A DNA stretch of 64,000 nucleotides. It comes from Octopus vulgaris. Its lineage: Eukaryota. Under the pieces are notes generated by a model. The model did no database searches. It was given only the letters and a program-made list of their open reading frames with translations, and had not been told where the DNA came from. Made by a program: the position numbers and the translations under genes. Each line of letters starts with the position of its first letter. Positions within the stretch are counted from its first letter, which is position 1. Below, in pieces: positions 41,208-55,057 of this stretch. The DNA lies in assembly GCA_951406725.2 (NCBI GenBank), contig OX597826.1, forward strand, positions 12,896,001-12,960,000, given 5' to 3'.

Positions 41208-43159
41208 CTCAGCAACTTCAACCGAGAAAATACACAACACACAGTAGGAATCATTTACAGTAAACAAAACGTAAGTGGAGGCGCGTCGCTTAGTGGTTAG
41301 GGTGTCAGCATCATGATCGTTAGATTGTGGTTTCGATTCCTGGACCGGGCGACGCGTTGTGTTCTTGAGCAAAACACTTCCTTTCACGTTGCTCCAGTCC
41401 ACTCAGCTGGCAAAAATGAGTAACGCTGCGATGGACTGGCGTCTCGTCCAGCTGGGGAACACATACGCCATAGAAACCGGGAAACCAGGCCCATGAGCCT
41501 GGCTTAGGCTTTAAAAGGGCGCATTTATTTATTATTAAACTAAACTAAGAAAACAATTGCAGTGTGGAAGGTGTTTATAAGCCATTTAAGAAACACACAA
41601 AAACCGTTGGATTCACTTCAACATTTAAATTTAATTTGTCAGCACAGAATTTTGTCAGTGAGCAGCTCGCGGTCTCAAAGCGACGAAAATATTTTGGAAA
41701 ATTAAATTTAAATATTGAAGTGAATCTAACGGCTTTTGTGTGTTTCTTACATGGCTTATAAACCCCATCCACGCTGCAATTGTTTTCGTTCCAGCACACG
41801 ATCTCATATCAGGTTACTTGCTATGTAAGTACATCGTAAAAACTAAGGATTATTTCCCTAAGTAAAAATAAGTATTAATTCAATACCATTCTGAAATTCA
41901 ATGCAATTCTAATGTAGCATTTTATTTTTCAAGAGCTCCAAAGGATTATTGATTTCCCAGAATGGGTCACCATGATGGTAAAAACGTGGGAAGTGCTGTT
42001 TCAGCTAAGAGTAATATTTATTTCCAATTTTGGCACAAGGGCAGAAACCTTAGGAGATTACATTCACCCTAGTCCTTCAATTGATACTCATTTCATCAAT
42101 CCAAAGACAATGAAAAGAGATAGAAGACCTCGGCGGAATTTGAACTCAGAACGTAAAGCTGGAAAAAATGTTGCTAAGCATTTTCTCCAGTATGCTAACG
42201 ATTCCGCCAGGCTGCTTCTTTACAGTAATTCTTCCAATTGATTGGTGCAATGCCTGAAATTTGGGAGAAGGTAGCTAGTTGATTACATCGACCCTAATGC
42301 TCAAATTGTTCTTATTTTATAGACCCAGAAAGGATAACAGGCAAAGTCGATCTCGGCGGAATTTGAACTCAGAACATAAAGAGCTAGAAGGAATGCCGCA
42401 AAGCATTTATGTCCGACGTGCTAACGATTCGGCCAACTCGCCGCCTTAAATGAATGTAATAATATAAGGAAACCGTAACATCTATACCTTTCCCATTCCA
42501 TTGATATGAAGAATACAGACGAAATGAAACTGCTTCAATTAAAAATAGCAACAAGATGCAGTCTGATGACAGATTACTCATAGCAGGGAGGGAAAAAAAC
42601 TATATAATTAATTTCCATGGTGATAATTGTAATTAAAGAAGGCGTTTATATTTGTCCAATTTTGCAACATGAACATAATTAGAGTATTCATAAATACCGA
42701 ACAGGTGTTAAATCTTGCTTCTGTAAGACACTATGGTATACTATGGTATATATAATCAGGTGCAAAGACTCCAAGGTAAAACAACCTTAATATAGAAATG
42801 TCATTAAACACAACAAAAGACGATATAAAGCGAAAAATCAATCGATATAAGAAGTTAACTAATTTTCTTATAGATTAGATTCACCTTCACGCTAGACGAA
42901 CGCTTGACCTTTACAGGTCGCATCTTAACTCCTGTTACTGCTTGACCTCAAAGAGCATGTGAATATGTCTCTCACACGCATGCACATACACGCATCTGTG
43001 CGTACACGAACACACAAGCACACACACACATACACACACACAAGCACACACACACATACACACACACAAGCACATATAAACACGCATAAACACACACACA
43101 TATTCCTCAAAGTACACATGAGCATATGTATGTATGGGTGATATTTATAGGGGTATATG

Positions 43160-43560
43160 AAGGCGGCGAGCTGGCAGAATCGTTAGCACGCCGGGCGAAA
43201 TGCGTAGCCGTATTTCGTTTGCCGTTACGTTCTGAGTTCAAATTCCGCTGAAGTCGACTTCGCCTTTCATCCTTTGGGGTCAATATAATCGCACTGATGT
43301 CAATATAATCGACTTAATACGTTTGTCTGTCCTTGTTTGTCCTCTGTGTTTAGCCCCTTGTGGGTAGTAAAGAAATAGGTATTTCGCCCGTCGCTACGTT
43401 CTGAGTTCAAATTCTGCCGAGGTCGACTTTGCCTTTCATCCTTTCGGGGTCGATTAAATAAGTACCAGTTACGCACTGGTGTCGATATAATCGACTTAAT
43501 CCGTTTGTCTTTCATTATTTGTCCCCTCTATGTTTTGCCCCTTGTGGGTAATAAAGAAAC
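43160..43560 (+). mobile_element. Deu/Nin-like SINE dimer
   Basis: Junction AAAGAAATA|GGTATTTC at 43377/43378. Confidence 0.85.
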
Positions 43561-43939
43561 AGATATTTATATGGGTATATAGATACACACACATAGGTAT
43601 ATATTCAATTCGTCCTTAGTCGAAAGACACATGTTGTTATTTTTATTGTATTCACATTTGTGTAACATTGTCCGTTTTTTACGTCCTTGTTTTTGTATAC
43701 ATTCGCTGCTTTCTTTCAAGGAATCTAATGCTCTTAGCTTAGTTTTTCCTCGAGGCTGGCTAGACTGGAGCAATCTCAAGACTAATCAGCCGAAATTGCT
43801 AGGATAATCTGGTGCTTGACTGAAGAAAGAAAACTCCGAATGACTTGTCCTTGTTTTCTTTGTATCGTCTATCTGGATGTTTTGCTGTCCCCTTTTGTAT
43901 CACCTAACTGTCTGGATGTTTTGCGTTCTTGTCCCATTT

Positions 43940-43979
<40 letters not shown>

Positions 43980-44380
43980 TCTTTTACCTTTTGACTGCGG
44001 CTATGCTGGAGCGTTACCTCTAGTCGAACAAATCAACCCCCAGAACTCATTTAAAAAAAAATCCTAGTACTTATTCTATCAGCCTTTTTCGCCGAAGTGC
44101 TAAGTCATGGAGACGTAAACACTTCCGCACCGGTTGTCATGCGTTAGTGGGGGGGGGACAATCACAGTCACAAATGTACACACAAACACATGTATTTAAT
44201 ATATATATATATATGTACGACAGGCTTCTTTCAGTTTCCGTTTATCAAATACACTCACAAGGCTTTGGTCGGCCGCTTCTGTAATAGAAGATACTTGCCT
44301 AAGGTGACATGCGGTGATGGAAATGAACTCAGAACCATGTGGTTGGTAAGCAAGCTACTTACCACACAACCATGCCTGTG

Positions 44381-44418
<38 letters not shown>

Positions 44419-44626
44419 CATACATACATATTTATATACATACATACATACATACATACATACATACATACATACATACATACATACATACATACATACA
44501 TACATACATACATACATACACACACATACTAACACAACACATATATACATACTAACACATACACACACAAATACATACATACATACATAATATTTATATA
44601 CATACATACATACATACATACATACA

Positions 44627-44657
<31 letters not shown>

Positions 44658-46474
44658 GAGTTTTCTGAGCTTAGAGACTGTCTCGATTAAATGAGAGTGA
44701 CGCTCGGGTGCGGTAGTTTACGTGGAAATTTAAGGTATGAGACTTTATCCTTGATAGAAAAAATGAGATTACGCCAGTGATGTACCGGAAGAAGAGAGAA
44801 CTGAACAAAACCGAACCCTACCGTATACCAGAACTGATGATAAGTCAAAGATAGATATCTGAGCACAGGCCGACAGAAAGCTGTGACAGACTGACACCGT
44901 TCCAAGATACGTGACGCAGTGGGAGCCCATAAATGAAAAGTTTTAACAAGAAATGTGCGTGCCAGACACAGTCGAAAGCTTTAGCGTCATGAGGATTCTA
45001 ACAGTTTCCATCAAAATTCTCAAGAATGGGAGTCCACGAACACATGATTTACGGGGAGCGGTTTTCTGTACAAATATAGGTTTCAAATTTTGGTACAAGG
45101 CCAACAAGCTCAGGGAGGGGGTCTGTGTCGATTACATCGACCCCAGTGCTCAACTGGTACTTATGTTGTTGACGCCGAAAGGATGAAAGGCAAAGTCGAC
45201 CTCGGCGGGATTTGAACTCAGAACATAAAGGCAGACGAAATGCCGCTAAACTTACTGTCCGACGTGTTAACGATTCTGCCAGCTCGCCACCTTACGCTTT
45301 ACTAATATTGTGTGTGTGTCTACAGATGTGAAATCGTGTCCACGTGCAACCTTCGAGTTTTTCTATCCCAAAAGGGTTTTTTAGCTCAATATCTCATTTA
45401 TAGGTTTATGTGCTTCGAGATGCGTTATGCCAAAAATGAATTATTTCCTGTTCTCTCGTTCGTCTTTATAAATTCTAATGACATCAGCAACATGTATGTA
45501 TGTATGTATGTATGTATGTATGTATGTATGTATGCATGCATGCATGCATGTATGTATGTATGTATGTATGTATGTATGTATGTATTTATGTATGTATGTA
45601 TGTATGTATGTATGTACGTATGTATGTATGGTGGTAGGGTGTGTGAGTGCTGGCTTGGCGGAGAAGGAAGTATATGCAGACTCGAACCAGGTTAATGAAG
45701 TTTTGCTGCCCTTTATGAAAATCATCATCAGCAAAAGCAATGTGAGAATCGAAAATTTGAAATGACCATTTATCGCAGTATGCATAAACATCGTCATAGC
45801 AGCCATTATATTGAGTCAATAAGGAGACGTAATTATATTTCTGATAAGAATCATTAAAACGTCATTAACATATCAACATATACCATTAGTATATACCATT
45901 AATTCCTCATATCTTATAATACACAAGAGTTTTGTTAGTTTTAGTACTCAGTTAAAACACTCCCATAAGTAATAGCTTGCTTTAGGACAGTCCCTCGCCA
46001 ATGACACTAAATATCTTCGTTTGTTTTGTTGGGGGTTTTTTAAGATAAAGAAAGGAGCTACCTATTACGTATCGTACTACTATATTCTTCCTCCTTGCAC
46101 CATCATTTCAAAGAATGATTTTTCAGATTTTCTTGGAAGAATACAAAAGTGGTTTTCTCTTGTCTTTTTACGAGACATTAACTTGTCAGTTACATATGGA
46201 GATGTTCGCCAGCCTGGCGAGTAAGAAAATAAGGAGATGGAACAAACGCCACTAAACATTTTATTGGAAGCTCTAATAAATCCATTCATCTATGCCTCTG
46301 GATTGGTATTTTATTTTATCGACCTGACTCTAGAACGATCAACCGTAAAGTTAACCGCGGCGGATTTGAACTCAAAATGTTAAAAAACCTGAACACACAC
46401 TTTAAGCCATTTGGTCCGGTACTCTATCGATCGTAGCAATTTGGTTCAAGACACGCCGTATTTGAATAAAATAT

Positions 46475-47303
46475 GGCTTTTCTACTCTAGGCACAAGGCT
46501 CGAAATTTTGGGGGAGGAGGCCAGTCGATTAGATCGATCCAGTACGCAATTGCTATTTGATTTATCGACCTCGAAAGGATTAAAAGACAAAGTCGACCTC
46601 GGTGGAATTTGAACTCAGAACGTAGCGGCAGACGAAATACCTATTTCTTTACTACCCACAAGGGGCTCAACACAAAGAGGACAAACAAGGACAGACAAAC
46701 GAATAAATTCGATTTACCACCCACAAGGGGTTAAACACGGAGAGGACAAACAAGGGCAGACAAACGGATTAAGTCGATTTCATCGACCCCAGTAACTGGT
46801 ATTTATTTAACCGATCCCGAAAGGATGAAAGGCAAAGTCGACCCCGGCGGAATTTGAACTCAGAACGTTACGGTAGACGAAATACCTATTTCTTTACTAC
46901 CCACAAGGGGCTAAACACAGAGGGGACAAACAAGGACAGACAAACGGATTAAGTCGATTATATCGACCCCAGTGCGTAACTTGTACTTATTTAATCGACC
47001 CCGAAAGGATGAAAGGCAAAGTCGACCTCGGCGGAATTTGAACTCAGAACGTAACGGCAGACGAAATACCTATTTCTTTACTACCCACAAGGGGATAAAC
47101 ATAGAGGGGACAAACAAGGTCAGACAAACGGACTTAATCGATTATATCGACCCCAGTGCGTAACTGGTACTTATTTAATCGACCCCGAAAGGATGAAAGA
47201 CAAAGTCGACCTCGGCGGAATTTGAACTCAGAACGTAACGGCAGACGAAATACCGCTAAGCATTTCACCCGGCGTGCTAACGATTCTGCCAGCTCATCAC
47301 CTT
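46475..47303 (-). mobile_element. Deu/Nin-like SINE multimer (four units plus a partial tail duplication)
   Basis: Junctions at 46641, 46886 and 47070. The terminal unit has the alternative tail. Confidence 0.88.
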
Positions 47304-48591
47304 ATTGCCAGCTCGCTATATTGGCTATTCATGGCTGGAGCTCCTTTCATCAGGAGTCTGTTTAATTAGGATTATGACCTAAACAACAAAATAACAAAAG
47401 TTAACATAGACTCAAAACCATAAATTTAGTTCAGGGAATCAGTTTATTCCATCTACGTTGAGTATTTGAACATACTTTTACTAAATTGCTCCGGGATTTA
47501 TGAAAGAGCAACTTTGAACTCGGACGTAGAGAGACAGCACTAAATATCTCATGGCATTTCTGTCAGTCGTTTTAACGATTCTGTTATCCAACGCCAAGCA
47601 ATGAGTGAACCTCTATGCAAACGCCCGACCTACTAGAAATGATAGCCAACCTCTCCCACAATATACTGCCTAAAAACACAACAAGGAGAACACACTGTGT
47701 AATGTAATCTTAGACACACTATTTCCGAAAAAGAAAAACTGAGCGGCCACAACTGAAACAGAGACAGAAAAACGGATTAAGTCCATAATAATATCAACCC
47801 CAGTGCGTAACTGGTACTTATTTAATAGACACCGAAAGGATGAAAGGCAAAGTCGACCTCGGCAGAATTTGAACTCAGAACGTAGCGGCAGACGAAATAC
47901 CTGTTCCTTTACTACTCACAAGGAGCTAAACACAGAGAGGACAAACAAGGACAGACAAGCGGATTAAGTCGATTATAGTTTGTGATATAATTATTGAGAT
48001 GGGGTTAAGCTACAATGACACGGTATTAATTAGAAAAGGCGAACTTGGCAGAAGCGTTAGCACACCGGGCGAAATGCGTAGCCGTATTTCGTCTGCCATT
48101 ACGTTCTGAGTTCAAATTCCGCCGAGGTCGACTTTGAATTTCATCCTTTCCGGGTCGATAAATTAAGTACCAGTTATGCACTGGGGTCGATGTAATCGAC
48201 TTCATCCGTTTGTTTGTCCCCTCTGTGTTTAGCTCCTTGTGGGTAGTAAAGAAATAGGTATTAATTAGAAAATTATAGGTAACACAACATATGAGTGTAG
48301 GTGTATGTGTTTGTGTGTGTGTATGTGTTTTTGTTCAATCAATAGTTTCAAATGTTGGCACAAGGCCAGCAATTTTAGGGTGGGATAATCGATTACACTG
48401 ACCTCAGTTCTCAACTGGTATTTATTTTATCGATCTCGAAAAGACGAAAGGCAAAGTCGACCTCGGCGGAATTTGAACTCAGATCATAATGTCCGAAAAT
48501 TACTATCAGGCATTTTTGTGCTAACGTTTCTGCCAGCGACAACTCGACAAGATGCTAATTAAACAGAAAATAGCCTAAAGACTCAAATATA

Positions 48592-48983
48592 CTTTTCTAC
48601 TCGAGGCACAAGGCCCGAAATTTGGAAGGAGGGGGCCAGTCGATTAGATCGACCCCAGTACACAGTTGGTACTTAATTTATTGACCCCGAAAGGATGAAA
48701 GGCAGAGTCAACCTCGGCGGAATTTGAACTCAGAATGTTACTGTAGACGAAATACCTATTTCTTTACCACCCACAAGGGGTTAAACACAGAGAGGACAAA
48801 CAAGGACAGACAAACTGATTAAGTCGATTTCATCGACCCCAGTAACTGGTATTTATTTAACCGATCCCGAAAGGATGAAAGGCAAAGTGGACCTCGGCGG
48901 AATTTGAACTCAGAACATAACGACAGAGGAAATACGGCTACGCATTTCGCCCGGCGTGCTAACTTTTCTGCCAGCTCGCCGCT
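48592..48983 (-). mobile_element. Deu/Nin-like SINE dimer
   Basis: Junction at 48756/48757. The terminal unit has the alternative tail. Confidence 0.85.
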
Positions 48984-51900
48984 TTACAGACTCAAATAGA
49001 ATATCACAACTTATCAACTTATATATAAATTCTTACATTGAATGCGAAAAGGAAAATCCGGAATTGGCGGGGTTAGAATATAAAATGCAAGGGGCACAAT
49101 GTATTTTGACTGGTTGTCCATGTTACTCCACTACCTTTTCCTGTCTTAGAGCAAATATTTTGTTGGTTTCAATGGGTTACTGAAAACACTGAAAGAAATT
49201 TGGAATTACAGTTTCTGCTGTTTAAGACCATCACTCGGTTTTGAGTTGTCTTTAGCAGAGTTAGGTCTCCAGTCTGAAGATAACTTTCGGGTCCCCACCC
49301 CCAATCACCAGCTTCAGAGGCTAGAAGAATGTCATGAGTGCTTCTATAACTCAATAATGTTACAGAAAGTAAAATATGCGACGTTGGAAGCTGGACGGTA
49401 AAAGAGTTTGTCGGAAATTTCCTTCTGTTACTTACTTAAGCACATAAGTTAAACAAAAATGGCTTCAAACGAAAATCGAAAATTGCGATGTGCTTAAATC
49501 TTCACCTAATAATAATCTGCAGAGGATTAACGGCTTTTCAATGTATTAGACATTTCTCGATAATAGGAAAACGAGGAAGAAATGTTATTGAATCGATTGA
49601 TTTCATTCTTGGGAATAAAGAACGAATTTTCTTTCCTTTTTTTACTTTTTTTAGTTAAGAGTTGCACAGTATTGTAATTGAGTGGTTGGTCGCTAGAAAT
49701 GGGTTTCTTAATACTCGATAGCTCAGACTGACATACAATTCACTGCTCTAAATAATACGAACGAGTGGCATAGCTATTACGTCTGGTATAGGATTCAGCA
49801 ATCCGATAAAATGGAAAAGTTTGTTCACTAGATTTCGAAGAAATTAAGATAGCATGGCTGGGTGTAGCTAAAAGAAAAGGTTCCCCAGTTAGAAGTTATT
49901 TGTGTACCGGTCCTTATTAGTGGAAGAGCTTTCATTTATGTTACTAAAGACTTTGAAAATGACACAAACCTACATTCCTTCTCAGTTATTGAGTAGAATT
50001 ATCTCAATGCCTCTTAAACCCTAGGTAAATTAATGAACTGGCGCTTAACTTCAATTTTCTGGCACCAAGAGCATAAGAGATAAATTTTCCGCTTGGATAC
50101 CAGGCCACCAGCTCATGTAGCATTTCCGGATGATCTGTTACCCATTACCAACAGTTTAAACGACCTGTGATGATACAATACTAAGTATACTGCCCTAACA
50201 CATGATAAAACGCCTGCAGTCAAGGCACTCGAGCGTCAATATATTCAATTCAGCCATTTTACCCGAAGAAACGAGGCTGTTTTCATCAAACTATACTGTT
50301 AGCATCATCACGACTGTTACGTAATTTCAGATGTTCTTCGCTTGAATGCCTATGATCAATGGTCTGTTCGACGAACAGAAACTAAGCAACAACAAAATCT
50401 TAAATAAGCACATTCTAACTAAGCCTGGTTAGCGGAAATCTTATTTACTGAATGCTTCCATGTAAAGATCGTGTAACATGATGTGTTATACAATTTTAAT
50501 GAGATCTTAAAGTTATAACATAAGACCACCACATCTTTAGAGAGCCGAGTCGATTTAGATGCCCAGCCTGCCACGAATAAGCTGTACAGCAACGAATATA
50601 ATGAAATACAATCCCATGATATACACGCTGCGTGCTAAGATCATAGAACCTACGTTAAATATTATATAACCTTGCAATGGGAGCAGACATAACCGAAGGG
50701 TTATGAATTTCGCTTTGCAAGTATTATGTCGCAGGTTCGTGATCTCTCTGGGCATAAAATCATATTAAGCAAATGTCTTTTGCTATTAACTCGGATTGAT
50801 ACATAACTTGTGAGTAAAACTTAATCAAGAGAAACTGTGAGGAAACCCTTCGGATAAACAGTTTTGTTATACAATGTCATGCTAATGTTGCTTTAAGGTC
50901 GACTCTATGCTATTCCGTCTACCGCCAAATTGGTGCCAAAAATACTGATCAACACTCATTTGGACCACGTCAGTAAGGCTGAGAAAGGGGTTCTGGCGAT
51001 TGGACAACTCAGGATCTCCATACGTGCAATCCAGGCTTGATCTGTAGCTGTCATTAGTGGAGTCCATTTTGTTGCAAACCTTTGGACCAGAGTTTGGAAT
51101 TGAAGGTGGCCTCCTGTTTCCCACCAAGCACAAGGGCCATGAGTAGCACGCTTTCTCCTGACTAAGCGATCAAAAAATAATTCTTTAATAAAAAGCTGAA
51201 CTTTGCTCTAAGTAATTATTACATCGGCATGGATATATAGCAGAATCGGAAAATTTTGCTTGCTTTCGACAAGAATTTATACTAGAGTCGTATAATTTTG
51301 TTTGTTTTGAGGAATATAAAATCTAATGTTCCCTCCATACTAATTTATAATATCACCTTTTCTATCTTTCTTTCTTATCTTCAGACATGGGGTAGGGTTC
51401 GAAACGACGGATACACCTCACCGACAAATGAACTTATCGAAGTTTCCGATTAACTAAACATATTTTGCTACCCAGTTAAGCGTAATATGTGGAGAAACAA
51501 AAACAATCGAAAGATGTCTTAACACGTATAAGGATTTGTTTAAATGCTTCTGATAATACAAAATAAAATAGCAAACATCGAGGCATATAGAGACGGTTTC
51601 CGTTGACAAATAGTAATGCAAAAAAAAGTTCACACAGTTACAGGATAAACAGACAGGACTCCTAATCAATATTTTTTTTATTAATATGGCATATGAAATG
51701 ATAAAAAGGAAAGAAAATAGAAAGCAGGAAGTATACTGAGAAATATATTACAGCGAATCATGCAAATATTTCGTAATCTCGGCAGACAAAATGGCGACTG
51801 CGTTGCGTCGAAGAATAATGAGAGAAATATGCTGAAAGAATCGTTCCACATCGCAGAACTCGTTCTTGTGGATAGCAAGAATGATCAGGATAGGGATAGG

Positions 51901-53164
51901 TGGTGGTGGTGGTGGTGGTGGTGAGTGGGGGACAGATCGCCAGTTTGTTGTAGGTTCGAAAAAGAAAAAACCTATCAGAAAGCACCCAGCAGATACTTTC
52001 AGCTCCCTCTGACGAAGGGTTCTAACTGAAACGTTAGTTTTATCTTCTTTCACATTGCATAAAATTTATTTCCTGGTGTGATTAACCATACTTCATCTCA
52101 TCGACTTAACTAAAAAACAGTCTACAGTGTGATTAAAAATATATTCCATAACCTCAACTAAATTTGTCTTTTGAACTTATAGACACATGTTGGACATAAA
52201 TTTCGCGAATAAATAACGTTTTACATAGTAACTAAGCTTATTCTACGATGGGCCAACGGGGGAGCCTCTACACGATAGATCGACATGCTAATAACAGCAG
52301 CCAAATATCCCTCGAATTACACCCTACAGGAACAGCTTAGAAATAAATACATCAGATAGAGTAGTCTTTCAGATTACTAAAATACTAGACGGTCACAACT
52401 GGAACGCACTTGATCATAGATCTACAGGATCGATCTTGACCTGGGGCTAAACAATAAGAACGACTGAAAAACAGTTAATGTGTGTGTGTATGCATGTGTG
52501 TACACGTGTTTGTGATTGTATGTTCATGAAGGGTGGCTGTGTGTGTACGTGTGTGTGTGTACATGCGTATATGTGTATATGTGTGTCTGTGCGCGCGCGA
52601 GTGGTCTGTATGTATGAACCCATACGTTCACCTCTCAGATCCGTTTGCGTGGAATATGTCCGTGTAATGTGTGTATTTTCTCTATGGATTCTTTTTTTTT
52701 TTTGTCCGAATGGATTACGAGTGTGAGCTTGTGTGTGTATTTGCAGTCATGTGTGTGTGTATGCATGTGGCGCGTGTATGTATGTGCGTGTGTGTCTCTC
52801 TGTATGCGAGTGTGTGACCGAGTGCTTTTTGTGTGTGTATGTGTGTGTACGTTTGTGTGTGTATGTTTGTGTATGTGTTTTTTGTTGTTGTTGTTGTTTG
52901 TTTTTAACCCAATAAGGTTGAGAAATACTCGTTTTCCACTTTACCTTGGCTGCAAAACAAAAGAAGGAGAAAAACCTCCATTGACTCTCGGCTGTTCATC
53001 CCGATCACTCTCCGGTCACCGACTGGCAAACCAAGTAAAGCTTTGACTGCTGCTGCTGCTGCTGCTGCTGCCGGTGCTGCTGTTGACAGCGGTGGTGGTG
53101 GCGGTGGTGGTGGTGGTGGTGTTGCTGCTGTCACTGCTGCCGCTGTCGCTCTCCGAGACACTTT

Positions 53165-53990
53165 TCACTCCCTTCTTATCTCACTTTTGTCCTTCCTTTT
53201 TCTTCATGTAACTCCCTCTCTCCCCTCCCTCCCTCGCTCTCTCTCCCCTCGCTCCCTCTCCCCTCGCTCCCACTCTCTCTCCCTCTTGCTCTCTTTTTCT
53301 TTCTCTCTTACTCTTCGTCTCCCTTTCTCTTTCCTTCTCTCTCTGTCTCAGATTATCTTTCGCGAGCTGAGTGAAGACTACTCCCCAAACCCCCTTACAG
53401 CTCTTTCCCCCACCTCCTTCTTTCGTTGTTTCCCCCCTCATCTCCCCTACATTCCCCTCTCTCCTTCTTCCCTCTCTTTCTTTTCATTTCTTTCTCCCTC
53501 CCTGACTCTGCCCTACTCCCACTTCCTAACCCCCTTTTACTATATCACCCTTTTTCTTCTTTTTTTCTTTGTATGTCTTCTTATCTATCCCTCCCGTTAT
53601 GTTTGCATTTGTCATCCTCCCACTTCCCCTCTCTCTCTCTCCTTTAGTCTCTCTCCCTCTCACGCCCTCCGTCTCTTTCTCCCTCCCTCTCTCTCTCAAC
53701 CTCTTTCTTTCTCCCTCTCCCTCTCCCTCCCTCATTTTATCTTTGTAATCACCCCTTAGACACATTCTCCCCTTCCCATCCAACAACGTGTATCTGTCGC
53801 TCACGCTCCTTACACCCTCCTCTTACCTTTTCTCTTCAGTCTCCTCACGCTCCCTTTCTCTCATTACTTTTTATCTCCCCTTCTACCCTCACTCTCCTCT
53901 ACCTTGCCTCCATAACACCCTCTCTCCTTTTTCCCCTTCCTCTCTTTCTCGCATCACTCCCCCTCTCTATGTCTCTCTATCTCCCTTCGC
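53165..53990. repeat. Long polypyrimidine/polypurine (CT-rich) tract
   Basis: About 820 bp dominated by C/T on the plus strand, directly after (GCT)n/(GGT)n runs at 53047-53150. Confidence 0.9.
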
Positions 53991-54530
53991 GATCCGTGTT
54001 AACATGTTGACATTCCGTCTTTTATTCTTATCAATAAACAAATAACGAATCGTCACCATTACTCACCTCCGCCAACAACCGCCACTGAACTTCTAACATT
54101 GTCTACAACACCACCACCCTCACCACCCACTACCATTTACCATCCCCCTCGAGCCTTCTATGCGGTCGCTGGACCGGCTAGAAATAGCAGCCGTTTCTCC
54201 TTCAAACAATCCCACGCAATTGACTTTAAAACAAGTGACAGACCAGACAATGAAGACCTGGGCAGACAAAAGGTCTTCAGTCGTCAGACGGCGGCCATGC
54301 TGGGGCACTGCTTTGAAATTTTAGCCGAATGAATCGACTCCGGGACTTTTACATTTTTTTTTGATTTTTGTTTTTGTTAAGCCTAATTTTTATTCTATAG
54401 GGTTTTTTTTACCGAACGGCTAAGTTACTGGGACGTAACTTCCTGCCGAACCGCAAAGTGACGGCGACATAAACACACCAGCATCGGTTATCAAGCGATG
54501 TTGGGGGGACAAACACAGACACACAAATAT

Positions 54531-54583
<53 letters not shown>

Positions 54584-54977
54584 CGACGGGCTTCTTTCAG
54601 TTTCCGTCTACCAAATCCACTCACAAGGCATTGGTCGGCCCGAGGCTATATTAGAAGACACTTGCCCAAGGTGCCATGCAGTGGGACTGAACCCGGAACC
54701 ATGTGGTTGGTAAGCAAGCTACTTACCACACAGCCACTCCTACGCCTATATATATATATATATATATAAACATACATACGGGTAACCACCCTGATTTCAA
54801 ATTTGTGTGTATCACGTAAGGCTAGAGATGGGAGCGATGACCTCCCCTCGCAAATATTAATCGGACACTGAATGTGTGTCGTTAACCAGCTGGAAGAGAT
54901 GTCTTCCTGGGGCCTATAAACGTCAGTAGCACTGTCCTGTATAGGACACCACACTTGGTTAGCAATTGTGTGTTACG

Positions 54978-55057
<80 letters not shown>

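Noticed and set aside
42488-42581. Possible signal-peptide exon MSNLSSDCILLLFLIEAVSFRLYSSYQWNGK (minus), phase-1 compatible with exon 21972
   Set aside because: Weak donor (gtatag), and a polar stretch separates the hydrophobic core from the likely IHA-SP cleavage site. Not supportable without transcripts.
53043-53759. 238-aa Ala/Gly/Ser/Leu-rich ORF
   Set aside because: Low-complexity CT tract lacking stops by composition; TTG start.
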